Part shown: positions 24,684 through 32,000 of the stretch, one piece after another
How positions within the stretch are numbered: the first letter of the stretch is position 1
Layout of the letters: each line of letters begins with the position of its first letter
Source: Rhodobacter capsulatus SB 1003
Lineage (GTDB): Bacteria > Pseudomonadota > Alphaproteobacteria > Rhodobacterales > Rhodobacteraceae
Direction of reading: 5' to 3'
DNA: 32,000 nt
Assembly: GCF_000021865.1 (NCBI RefSeq)
Contig: NC_014034.1
Span: 3,120,001 to 3,152,000, forward strand
Position numbers and translations under genes: made by a program
The notes under the pieces: generated by a model
Databases searched by the model: none
What the model was told of the DNA's origin: nothing
The model's input: only the letters and a program-made list of their open reading frames with translations

Positions 24684-25708
24684 CCTTCGAACACCTCCGG
24701 CACGGTCGCGCCGCGGCCATCAAGCCAGACCGGCACCGGCAGGCCCTTGGCATGCAGGAAGTCCGGGTTGAACAATTTCGACATGTAGCGGGTGCCGTAG
24801 TCGCACAGGATGGTGACGATGGTGTGCCCCGGGCCCATCGCGCGGGCCATGCGGATCGCCCCCGCGACGTTGACGCCAGAGGAGCCGCCGACGCAGATTC
24901 CCTCTTCCGAGAGCAGGTCAAAGACCACCGGCAGCGCCTCGGCATCGGGGATGTTGAAGCTCATGTCGGGGGTGAAACCGTCCAGGTTCGCGGTGATCCG
25001 GCCCTGCCCGATGCCTTCGGTGATCGAGCTGCCTTCGGATTTCAGCACGCCCGTCGTGTAGAAGCTGTGCAGCGCCGCCCCGTCCGGGTCGGCCAGCGCG
25101 ATCTTCACGCCCTTGGGCTGCAGCGCCAGACCGACGCCCGCAAGCGTCCCGCCCGAGCCCACGGCGCAGACGAAGCCGTCAACCTTGCCGCCGGTCTGGT
25201 CCCAGATCTCCGGGCCGGTGGTTTCCAGATGCGCCTGCCGGTTGGCGGTGTTGTCGAACTGATTGGCCCAGACGACGCCATTCGGCTCGGTCTCGGCCAG
25301 GGCCGCGGCCAGACGGCCCGAGTAGCGGACATAGTTGTTCGGGTTGGAATAGGGCGCCGCGGGCACCTGCACCAGTTCGGCGCCGGCCAGCCGCAGCATG
25401 TCCTTTTTCTCCTGGCTCTGCGTTTCCGGGATCACGATCACCGTGCGAAAGCCCATGGCCGAGCCGACCAGCGCCAGACCGATGCCGGTATTGCCCGCCG
25501 TGCCCTCGACGATGGTGCCGCCGGGTTTCAGCGCACCGCGCGCGATCGCGTCGCGGATGATGTAAAGCGCCGCCCGGTCCTTGACCGACTGGCCCGGGTT
25601 CATGAATTCGGCCTTGGCGAGGATCTCGCAGCCGGTCAGTTCGGACGCCTTCTTCAGGCGGAGCAGCGGCGTGTTGCCGATGGCGGCGGCCAGGTCCTTG
25701 CAGATCAT
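24680..25708 (-). CDS. cysK: Cysteine synthase / O-acetylserine sulfhydrylase family PLP enzyme
   Basis: GNTPLLRL, NPGQSVKDR (PLP lysine) and TAGNTGIGLA motifs. It overlaps the downstream channel gene (ATGA). Confidence 0.88.
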   Translation of the reverse strand: MICKDLAAAIGNTPLLRLKKASELTGCEILAKAEFMNPGQSVKDRAALYIIRDAIARGALKPGGTIVEGTAGNTGIGLALVGSAMGFRTVIVIPETQSQEKKDMLRLAGAELVQVPAAPYSNPNNYVRYSGRLAAALAETEPNGVVWANQFDNTANRQAHLETTGPEIWDQTGGKVDGFVCAVGSGGTLAGVGLALQPKGVKIALADPDGAALHSFYTTGVLKSEGSSITEGIGQGRITANLDGFTPDMSFNIPDAEALPVVFDLLSEEGICVGGSSGVNVAGAIRMARAMGPGHTIVTILCDYGTRYMSKLFNPDFLHAKGLPVPVWLDGRGATVPEVFEG

Positions 25709-25772
25709 GTCTCTCCCTCGTCCCGGGGCATTGGGCCCGGTCGGGCAAGAGTAAAGGGCAAGCGGGGGCGCC

Positions 25773-26915
25773 TCAAGCCCCGAGGGCGGTTTTGCGCAGC
25801 TCCTCGCGCAGTCGTGCCAACCAGAGCGCGATCACGATCAGGGGTCCGGTCTCGATCTCGCCGCTGTCGATGAGATCCATCATCCGCGCGAAGGGCAGCC
25901 GGTGGCTGCGGATATCCTCGCCCTCCTCCTCCAGCCCGCCAAGGCCGGGGCCGGTCTCGGGCAGGTCGCACAGGCCGATGAAGCAATGGATATATTCGCT
26001 TTTCGCCCCGGGAGAGGGGTAATGCGACGGCGCCGGGATCAGACGGTCCAGCCGCACGCCCGCCTCCTCCTGTGCCTCGCGGCGGGCGGCCTCTTCGGGG
26101 GTTTCGCCCGCATCGACGCGGCCCGCGACGGTTTCCAGCGCCCAGGGGTTGGCATCGCCGCGGGCCAAGGGGCCGGTGCGGAACTGCTCGACCAGAAGCA
26201 CGGTGTCGCGCAGGGGATCATAGGGCAGCACCACCGTCGCATCGCCCGAAACAAAGGCGGCACGCTCCAGCGCGGCACTCATCCCCCCGTCGAAGCGGCG
26301 ATGGCGCAGCCGGTAATCCTCGATGGCGAAGAATTTCGCATAGGGCGTGGTCAGGCTCTCGATCACCACATCGCCCGCGGCCGGGGTCCGGCGCAGGCTG
26401 GCCGGGCGCGGCTGCGCGGCCCGCAGCCGCGAGGCGGCGCGGACCCGGATCATCGGATAGCGGGCGATCGCCGCTTCCGCAGAGACCTGCCCGCGCAGCG
26501 CCATCACCTCGGCCACGGCCAGCGTCGCCAGATCGCCCTTTTGCGCCGCCCAGTCGTCCAGCCGCCACAGCCGCCCCGGCGTCCAGCGCCGATCCTCGGG
26601 CAGATAGGCCAGCGCCGCGACCGGCTGCCCGGCGGCGTCGGTCACCGTCAGCACCTCCTTGCGGTAGCCGATTTCATACCAGTCGAGCACCTCTTCCTCG
26701 GCCGGGGTGACATCGGCCAGCACGCCCTCGACCCCCGCGGGGCCGGGCACCAGCAGCGGATAGCCCAGTTCGGTTCCCGCCGCGTCGCAGGCGTGCCGCA
26801 CCTCGTAGCCCGGGGCCCGGGCCGGATGCAGCGCGGGCAGACGCCCGAGCACGGCCGAAAGCAGCGGCGGATGACCCAGAGTGCCGTAAAAGAAATAGAG
26901 TTTGCTCAATGACAT
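25773..26915 (-). CDS. trgB: Fusion of a gamma-glutamylcyclotransferase-like (AIG2/GGCT) N-domain and a NUDIX hydrolase (ADP-ribose pyrophosphatase-like) C-domain; TrgB-like
   Basis: N-terminus LYFFYGTLGHPPLL. Canonical NUDIX box GRVDAGETPEEAARREAQEEAGV. ATG at 26915 leaves a 26-nt gap after the trgA stop, whereas the track start at 26999 would overlap trgA. Confidence 0.75.
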   Translation of the reverse strand: MSLSKLYFFYGTLGHPPLLSAVLGRLPALHPARAPGYEVRHACDAAGTELGYPLLVPGPAGVEGVLADVTPAEEEVLDWYEIGYRKEVLTVTDAAGQPVAALAYLPEDRRWTPGRLWRLDDWAAQKGDLATLAVAEVMALRGQVSAEAAIARYPMIRVRAASRLRAAQPRPASLRRTPAAGDVVIESLTTPYAKFFAIEDYRLRHRRFDGGMSAALERAAFVSGDATVVLPYDPLRDTVLLVEQFRTGPLARGDANPWALETVAGRVDAGETPEEAARREAQEEAGVRLDRLIPAPSHYPSPGAKSEYIHCFIGLCDLPETGPGLGGLEEEGEDIRSHRLPFARMMDLIDSGEIETGPLIVIALWLARLREELRKTALGA

Positions 26916-26941
26916 GCGCCCATCCGCGGTTGGGGCGCGGC

Positions 26942-27418
26942 CTATCGCCAGCGTTTCCACGCCCATTCGGCCAGCATAGCGGAAAGCACGGCGCCGCAAA
27001 AGAGCGTGCCCAGCACCTCCAGCTTCAGCGCCTCGCTGCCCAGCCGCATCCCCTGTGCCAACACGTCGATCAGCGCCTCGCTCGGGCCGTCATAGCGGCC
27101 GCGGGACATTTCGCGCATCATCTGCAAGGCGCCCAGAAACACCATCGTCCAGACCAGAAGATAGATCGCCGCATGCACCCCGCGTTCGATCACCTTGACC
27201 CGGCCCCGGCCCGGGTTGCGCCCGATCACCCGCCAGCCCAGCAGCAGCCCGAACGAGGCCGCCACCAGCGCCAGCCCCTGCACCGCCGTCCCCGGCGGCA
27301 GCTTGCCACAGATCAGCTCTGCCGTGATGAAGCCCGTGGCCGCAAGACCAAGCGCCCCGAACAGCTTCGCCATCGTGGGCAGGCTCATCTGGGTGTCGCG
27401 AACGACGACTTTTTGCAT
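26942..27418 (-). CDS. trgA: TrgA-family small membrane protein (tellurite-resistance locus)
   Basis: 158 aa with about four hydrophobic helices. Its position upstream of the NUDIX gene and cysK matches the trgAB-cysK arrangement described for Rhodobacter sphaeroides. The assignment is by context. Confidence 0.6.
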   Translation of the reverse strand: MQKVVVRDTQMSLPTMAKLFGALGLAATGFITAELICGKLPPGTAVQGLALVAASFGLLLGWRVIGRNPGRGRVKVIERGVHAAIYLLVWTMVFLGALQMMREMSRGRYDGPSEALIDVLAQGMRLGSEALKLEVLGTLFCGAVLSAMLAEWAWKRWR

Positions 27419-27483
27419 CTCGACCTCCGACCGACAGGCTTAACCATGGCAATGGACTGGTATCGCAAAGGAATATGGCCAAA

Positions 27484-28935
27484 TCAGGATGCAATCGTGG
27501 CAGCGCCGGTGCCGGTCTGGCCCGTCTTCGGCCGCGCCGCATAGGCGGCCAGCGCCCGGTCCCGCCCCGCGGCCAGATCGATCAGCGGCGCCGAGAGGGC
27601 CGCCCCCGGCACAAGCCCCCAGGACCGCGGCACGGCGGCAAAGAAATCCTGCGCGGTCTGCGGCGCATGGCGGTTGCCCTCGGCCAGCCAGGCGCGGCGG
27701 TAGCGGCCCTCGGGGTCGAATTTCTCGGCCTGGCTGGCCGGGTTGAAGATGCGGAAATAGGGCGCCGCATCCGGCCCGCAGCCCGCCACCCATTGCCAGC
27801 CCATCGCATTCGCCGCCGGGTCGTGATCGATCAGGCAGTCCTCGAACCACGCGAGCCCGATGCGCCAATCGGTCAGCAGATGCTTGGTCAGATACGAGGC
27901 GACGATCATCCGCGCCCGGTTGTGCATCCGCCCGGTCACATACATTTCCCGCATCGCGGCATCGACGATCGGCTCGCCGGTCTGGCCGCGCCGCCAGCGC
28001 TCGGCCGCGGCACTCTCGCCCGCCCAGGGGAAGCTGTCCCAGTCCGGCCGCCAGTTCTCCGTGGCAAGCCGCGGGTAGTAGAACATCAGATGCCAGGCAA
28101 ATTCGCGCCAGACCAGTTCCTTGAGGAAGGTCTCGGCCCCCGCCCGGCCCTCCGCCATCGCCTGCGCCCCGGCGTGCCAGATCACCCGCGGCGAAATCTC
28201 GCCCCAGGCCAGGTGTTCCGACAGTTCGGACGTGGCGTTCTCGGCCAGAAAATCCCGCCGTGCCTGATAGGTCTCGATGCCCTCGCGCAGGAACCGCTCC
28301 AGCCGGGCCTGTGCCGCCGCTTCGCCCACCCGGGCGTATTTCGCCACGACCGCGCCGCCGCGCCGCATCGCCCGGCCAAGTCCCAGCGCGTCCAGGCTTT
28401 CGCCGCGCAGGACCGGCCCGGGGCGCAGCGCGGTGACGGGGGCCAGCGGCGGCGCCACCGTCAGGCCCCGCACCGCGCGCCAGTAGGGCGTGTAGACGCG
28501 ATAGGGACCGCCCTGCCCGGTCTGCACCGCCCAGGGCGCAAACAGCAGCTGCCCGTCGAAGGACCGCGCCTCAAGCCCCTCGGCGCGCAGCGCGGTCTTC
28601 ACCTCGGTGTCGCGCGCAATCGCCGCCGGGTCCAGATCGCGGCTCCACCAGACCGCCCCCGCGCCGCTTTCGGCCAGAACCTGCCGCAGCACCGCAAGCG
28701 CCGGGCCGCGGCGCAGCACAAGCGGCACGCCGCAGGCCGCCAGCGCCGGGGCAAAGGCCGCAAGCGCCTGTTCCAGCCGCCATTTCGGCGCCGCGCCATA
28801 GGCCTCGGCCAGCGGGTCAAGGATGAAAAGCGCCAGCACCGGCCGCCCCGAGGCAGCGGCGGCAGAGAGCATCGGATGGTCGCTCAGCCGGAAATCGCGG
28901 CGCAACCAGAGCAGGATCGGGGTTTCATCACGCAT
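27484..28935 (-). CDS. Deoxyribodipyrimidine photolyase (cryptochrome/photolyase family)
   Basis: LLWLRRDFRLSDHP, WREFAWHL, TGEPIVDAAMREMYVTGRMHNRARMIVASYL and DHDPAANAMGWQWVAGCGPDAAPYFRIFNP. ATG at 28935 is preceded by GGGGGA. Confidence 0.92.
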   Translation of the reverse strand: MRDETPILLWLRRDFRLSDHPMLSAAAASGRPVLALFILDPLAEAYGAAPKWRLEQALAAFAPALAACGVPLVLRRGPALAVLRQVLAESGAGAVWWSRDLDPAAIARDTEVKTALRAEGLEARSFDGQLLFAPWAVQTGQGGPYRVYTPYWRAVRGLTVAPPLAPVTALRPGPVLRGESLDALGLGRAMRRGGAVVAKYARVGEAAAQARLERFLREGIETYQARRDFLAENATSELSEHLAWGEISPRVIWHAGAQAMAEGRAGAETFLKELVWREFAWHLMFYYPRLATENWRPDWDSFPWAGESAAAERWRRGQTGEPIVDAAMREMYVTGRMHNRARMIVASYLTKHLLTDWRIGLAWFEDCLIDHDPAANAMGWQWVAGCGPDAAPYFRIFNPASQAEKFDPEGRYRRAWLAEGNRHAPQTAQDFFAAVPRSWGLVPGAALSAPLIDLAAGRDRALAAYAARPKTGQTGTGAATIAS

Positions 28936-29069
28936 TCCCCCCAACTGGGGCCGCCAGAGCGGTTCGGCAAGGGGACACCGGGCCGCAAGGGTGGCGAAAG
29001 TTTCACTTGTTCGCACGCGACACGCGGACTAGCGTTTCGGCAAATTCAATCTCAACGGGGAACGCCACC

Positions 29070-30122
29070 ATGAAGAAATCATCGCTTCTGCTTGTTTCGG
29101 CCGCCGCTGCGCTTGCGCTTTCGCTGCCCGCGAAGGCGGGCGAGTCCAGCCTGCTGGTCTTTGACTGGGCGGGTTTCGAGGTCGAGGGCCTGTATCAGGC
29201 CTACAAGGACAAATACGGCGACGCGCCGACCTATTCCTTTTATGGCGATGACGACGAGGCCTATCAGAAGATCGCCTCGGGCTTCAAAGCCGATGTCGCC
29301 CACCCCTGTTCGCAGATGGTGTCGAAATACCGCGATGCCGGGCTGATCGAACCCTGGGACCCGGCGAAGATCCCGGCTCTGGCCGATATCGACCCGAAAT
29401 ACCTCGATTCGCCGATCTTCAAGGATGACAAGGGCGTCTGGTTCATCCCGACCGACTGGGGCGCCGCCGCCATCGCCTACAACCCCGAGGAAGTCCCGGC
29501 CGAGGATGTGGCCAGCCTGCAGGTCTTCGTGAACCCGAAATATCAGGGCCGGATCTCGCTGCCGAATTCGTCCGATGACGTGTGGTCGCTGGCCTATCTG
29601 GCCACCGGCGTCACCGACTGGACCAAGGTCACGGACGAACAATTCGCCGCCGCCGCCGCCTGGCTGCGCGAGGCGCACAAGAACGTGCTCAGCTACTGGG
29701 CCGACCCGGCCGAACAGGCGCAGACCATGGCCTCGGGCGAGGTGCTGATTTCCTGGTCCTGGAACGACGGCGTCACCGCTTTGCGCAACGAAAACTACCC
29801 CGTCGCCTTCCAGCGCGAGGCCAAGGAAGGCTCTGCCACCTTCTTTTGCGGCTATGTGAACCTCAAGGACGGCCCCGGCGACGAGGCCCGCGCCTATGAT
29901 TTCATGAATTCCTGGCTGCGCCCCGAAGCCGCCCGCGCGCTTCTGGACAATATCGGCTACGGCCATTCCAGCCTGAAGGCGATGGAGACGATCCCGCTGG
30001 AAGAACAGGTGACCGCGGGCATCGGCCCGGTCAAGGCGCCGATCCTGCCGCAGGTGCCGAACGATCCGCAGCAGCGCGAAAAACAGCTGGCCGAATTCGA
30101 AAAGATCAAGGCCGGGTTCTGA
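29070..30122 (+). CDS. Periplasmic ABC-transporter substrate-binding protein, polyamine (PotD/PotF)-like; no adjacent permease or ATPase
   Basis: Signal peptide MKKSSLLLVSAAAALALSLPAKA. Family-2 SBP-like sequence (LLVFDWAGFE..., PTDWGAAAIAYNPE). Confidence 0.8.
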   Translation: MKKSSLLLVSAAAALALSLPAKAGESSLLVFDWAGFEVEGLYQAYKDKYGDAPTYSFYGDDDEAYQKIASGFKADVAHPCSQMVSKYRDAGLIEPWDPAKIPALADIDPKYLDSPIFKDDKGVWFIPTDWGAAAIAYNPEEVPAEDVASLQVFVNPKYQGRISLPNSSDDVWSLAYLATGVTDWTKVTDEQFAAAAAWLREAHKNVLSYWADPAEQAQTMASGEVLISWSWNDGVTALRNENYPVAFQREAKEGSATFFCGYVNLKDGPGDEARAYDFMNSWLRPEAARALLDNIGYGHSSLKAMETIPLEEQVTAGIGPVKAPILPQVPNDPQQREKQLAEFEKIKAGF

Positions 30123-30131
30123 GATCACGGC

Positions 30132-30153
30132 AAGGGCGCCTTCGGGCGCCCTT
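30132..30153 (+). terminator. Hairpin AAGGGCGCC-TTCG-GGCGCCCTT
   Basis: Perfect 9-bp stem with a TTCG loop, 10 nt after the stop at 30122. The T-tract is weak. Confidence 0.5.
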
Positions 30154-30230
30154 CGCCTTGGCCCCGCGGCTTGACGGTTGCGGCCCGGGGTTCTATCGCC
30201 TTCGGGCGAAACCAGCGAAGGGGACAGGCC

Positions 30231-31259
30231 ATGCAGATCGGAACGCGCAAGATCGGACCGGAGCATCCGCCGCTGGTGATCGCGGAAATCGGCATCAACC
30301 ATGGCGGCTCGCTGGCCGTGGCGAAGGAAATGGTGCGTCTGGCCGCGGCCTCGGGCTGCGAATGCGTCAAGCATCAGACCCATATCCTCGAAGACGAGAT
30401 GACCGACGAGGCGAAGCAGATCTTTCCGCCCAATGCCGATGTCTCGATCTGGGAGGTGATGGCGCGCTGTGCCCTGTCGCAAGACGACGAGATCGAGCTG
30501 AAGCGCTACACCGAAAGCCTGGGGATGATTTATCTTTCCACGCCGTTTTCGCGCGCGGCGGCGGAGTTTCTCGAAAGCATCGGCGTTTTGGCCTACAAGA
30601 TCGGCTCGGGCGAGGCGGATAACCTGCCGCTCATTCGCCACATCGCGCGGCTGGGCAAGCCGGTGATCCTGTCGACGGGGATGCAGACGATCGAGACGAT
30701 CCGGGCGAGTGTCGAGATTTTGCAGGCCGCGGGCGTGGACTTCGCGCTTCTGGAATGCACCAACCTTTACCCCAGCCCGCCCGAAATCGTGTCGCTGCGC
30801 GGGGTGAAAGACCTGCAAGACGCCTTCCCCGGCGTGCCGGTCGGCTTTTCCGATCACTCGATCGGGCCGGAAATGGCGCTGGCCTCGGTCGCCTTGGGCG
30901 CCTGCATTCTGGAACGGCACTACACCGACACGCGCTATCGCGTGGGGCCCGACATCATCAATTCAATGGACCCGTCAGAGCTGCGCCATCTGATTGATCG
31001 GTCAAAGGAAATCTGGATCGCCTCGCGCAACCCCAAGGAACGCACCGCCGCCGAAGAGCCGGTTTACCGCTTCGCCCGGGCCTCGGTCGTGGCGGATCGC
31101 GACCTGCCCGCGGGCCATCTGATCACCGAGGCCGACATCTGGGCCCGCCGCCCGGGCTCGGGCGAGATCGCGGGCTATGACTTCGACAAGGTGGTGGGCA
31201 AGCGCACCACCCGCGCCCTGCCCCGCAACACCCAGCTGAAATGGAGCGATCTGGCGTGA
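30231..31259 (+). CDS. neuB: NeuB-family nonulosonic acid (N-acetylneuraminate/legionaminate/pseudaminate) synthase
   Basis: PLVIAEIGINHGGSLAVAKEMV, CVKHQTH and SDHS motifs, plus a C-terminal SAF-like domain (ASVVADRDLPAGHLITEADIWARRPG). ATG at 30231 has GAAGGGGA upstream. Confidence 0.85.
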   Translation: MQIGTRKIGPEHPPLVIAEIGINHGGSLAVAKEMVRLAAASGCECVKHQTHILEDEMTDEAKQIFPPNADVSIWEVMARCALSQDDEIELKRYTESLGMIYLSTPFSRAAAEFLESIGVLAYKIGSGEADNLPLIRHIARLGKPVILSTGMQTIETIRASVEILQAAGVDFALLECTNLYPSPPEIVSLRGVKDLQDAFPGVPVGFSDHSIGPEMALASVALGACILERHYTDTRYRVGPDIINSMDPSELRHLIDRSKEIWIASRNPKERTAAEEPVYRFARASVVADRDLPAGHLITEADIWARRPGSGEIAGYDFDKVVGKRTTRALPRNTQLKWSDLA

Positions 31260-32000
31260 CCGCCCCGCTGCCCGATCTGCCGGTTCAGGTGATCTCGCTC
31301 GCCCGCGCCACGGCGCGGCAGGCGCAGGTGGCGCAGGAATTCGCCCGGATCGGGATGGGATACACGATCTTCGAGGGGATCGACGGCGCCGCGCATCAGG
31401 CGGAATTGCTCGGCCGCACCGATCTGGCCGCCTGGCATCGCAACATGGGGGCGCCGATTTCGGCCGGGCATATGGGCTGCTATGCCTCGCATGTCGAACT
31501 GTGGCGCCAGATCGGCGCCGAGGGCCCCGAGATCGTCTTGATCTGCGAAGATGACGTCACCTTCACCGCGGACTTCCCGCAGGCGCTGGCGGCGGGGCTG
31601 GCGATGGCCGAGCGCTGGGACATCTTGCGGTTTTCCTGCATCCGCGCCAAGGGGCGGCTGCCGCAGGCGCGCCTTGGCCCCTTCACGCTGATGGCCTATT
31701 GGGGGCCCTTCACCGGCAATGGCTGCTATCTGATCAAGCGCGCGGTGGCGGCGCGGCTGACCGAACGCTTCTATCCGATCCGCCGCGCCCATGACCACGA
31801 GCTGAACCGCTTCTTCGACCATGACATCAGGCTGATGGGGCTTGAGCCCTTTACCGCGCCGCCGCGCGACCGGGGCGAAAGCTTCATCACCGGCACTGCC
31901 ATGGCCGGGGCGAAGAAATTCCCGAAATACAAGCGCCTGCCGCATTACCGGCAGAAGCTGGCGAATTACGCCCGGCGGCTGATCTGGCTGGCGCGGCACG
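31256..32000 (+). CDS. Glycosyltransferase family 25 (LPS/LOS biosynthesis), partial; runs off the window end
   Basis: My own translation from GTG 31256 (GTGA overlap with the neuB stop) is VTAPLPDLPVQVISLARATARQAQV ... ISAGHMGCYASHVELWRQI ... VLICEDDVTF, which carries the GT25 signatures. There is no stop before 32000. It is absent from the ORF track because it is open-ended. Confidence 0.8.
   Translation, partial: MTAPLPDLPVQVISLARATARQAQVAQEFARIGMGYTIFEGIDGAAHQAELLGRTDLAAWHRNMGAPISAGHMGCYASHVELWRQIGAEGPEIVLICEDDVTFTADFPQALAAGLAMAERWDILRFSCIRAKGRLPQARLGPFTLMAYWGPFTGNGCYLIKRAVAARLTERFYPIRRAHDHELNRFFDHDIRLMGLEPFTAPPRDRGESFITGTAMAGAKKFPKYKRLPHYRQKLANYARRLIWLARH

Noticed and set aside
24752-26912. 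Plus-strand ORFs 24752-25873 (373 aa) and 25902-26912 (336 aa), plus several nested ORFs
   Set aside because: They lie antisense to cysK and the NUDIX fusion gene and have spurious high-GC frame composition.
27475-29073. 532-aa plus-strand ORF
   Set aside because: It lies antisense to the photolyase, which has unmistakable family motifs. The translation is low-complexity and Arg/Pro-rich.
29079-30920. 613-aa minus-strand ORF
   Set aside because: It lies antisense to the binding-protein and NeuB-family genes. The translation is Arg/Gly/Asp-rich with no motifs.
31175-31999. 274-aa minus-strand ORF
   Set aside because: It lies antisense to the open-ended GT25 gene, whose translation shows clear family signatures. 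The minus-frame protein is Arg/Pro/Gly-rich.
1-32000. CRISPR arrays, rRNA genes, IS elements with transposases
   Set aside because: I found no regularly spaced 25-40-bp repeats, no rRNA-like sequence and no transposase-like ORF on either strand.

Overview
This is a high-GC chromosome segment: sampled 60-nt lines are about 65-68% GC. It looks alphaproteobacterial and Rhodobacteraceae-like; that guess rests only on trgA-trgB-cysK synteny and composition. All functional calls come from motif recognition by eye, and no database or structure searches were run. I saw no CRISPR array and no rRNA.

Core genome (about 22.2-32 kb):
- an MscK/KefA-like mechanosensitive channel
- cysK
- a GGCT-NUDIX fusion (trgB-like)
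- trgA
- a photolyase
- an orphan PotD/PotF-like binding protein
- a NeuB-family sugar synthase
- a partial GT25 glycosyltransferase

A tRNA-Ser(GGA) at 22048-22137 is the integration site for two islands arranged in tandem.

Island 2 (7915-22063) is bounded by an exact 18-bp repeat of the tRNA 3' end. It carries:
- a P4-type integrase
- an AlpA/excisionase-like HTH protein
- a Rep-like gene with internal iterons
- a chain of translationally coupled small genes
- a scaffold-like protein
- two Nu1-like small-terminase paralogues

It has no other virion genes, which matches a phage-satellite/PICI-like layout. Its cargo end holds an SRAP peptidase, an XRE-ImmA plus DUF4411/PIN pair, and an HsdR_N-type nuclease.

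Island 1 (1-7932) has its left end outside the window. It carries:
- a second tyrosine integrase
- a 452-aa protein with polymerase-like motif order
- a repeat-dense 624-bp spacer
- a serine resolvase followed by a small membrane protein
- an AT-rich (about 42-43% GC) two-gene cassette

The cassette pairs a HARE-HTH protein with a protein that has a wHTH-like segment, an unassigned helical region and a PNP-nucleosidase-like C-terminus. I consider it the best candidate for an undescribed anti-phage system.
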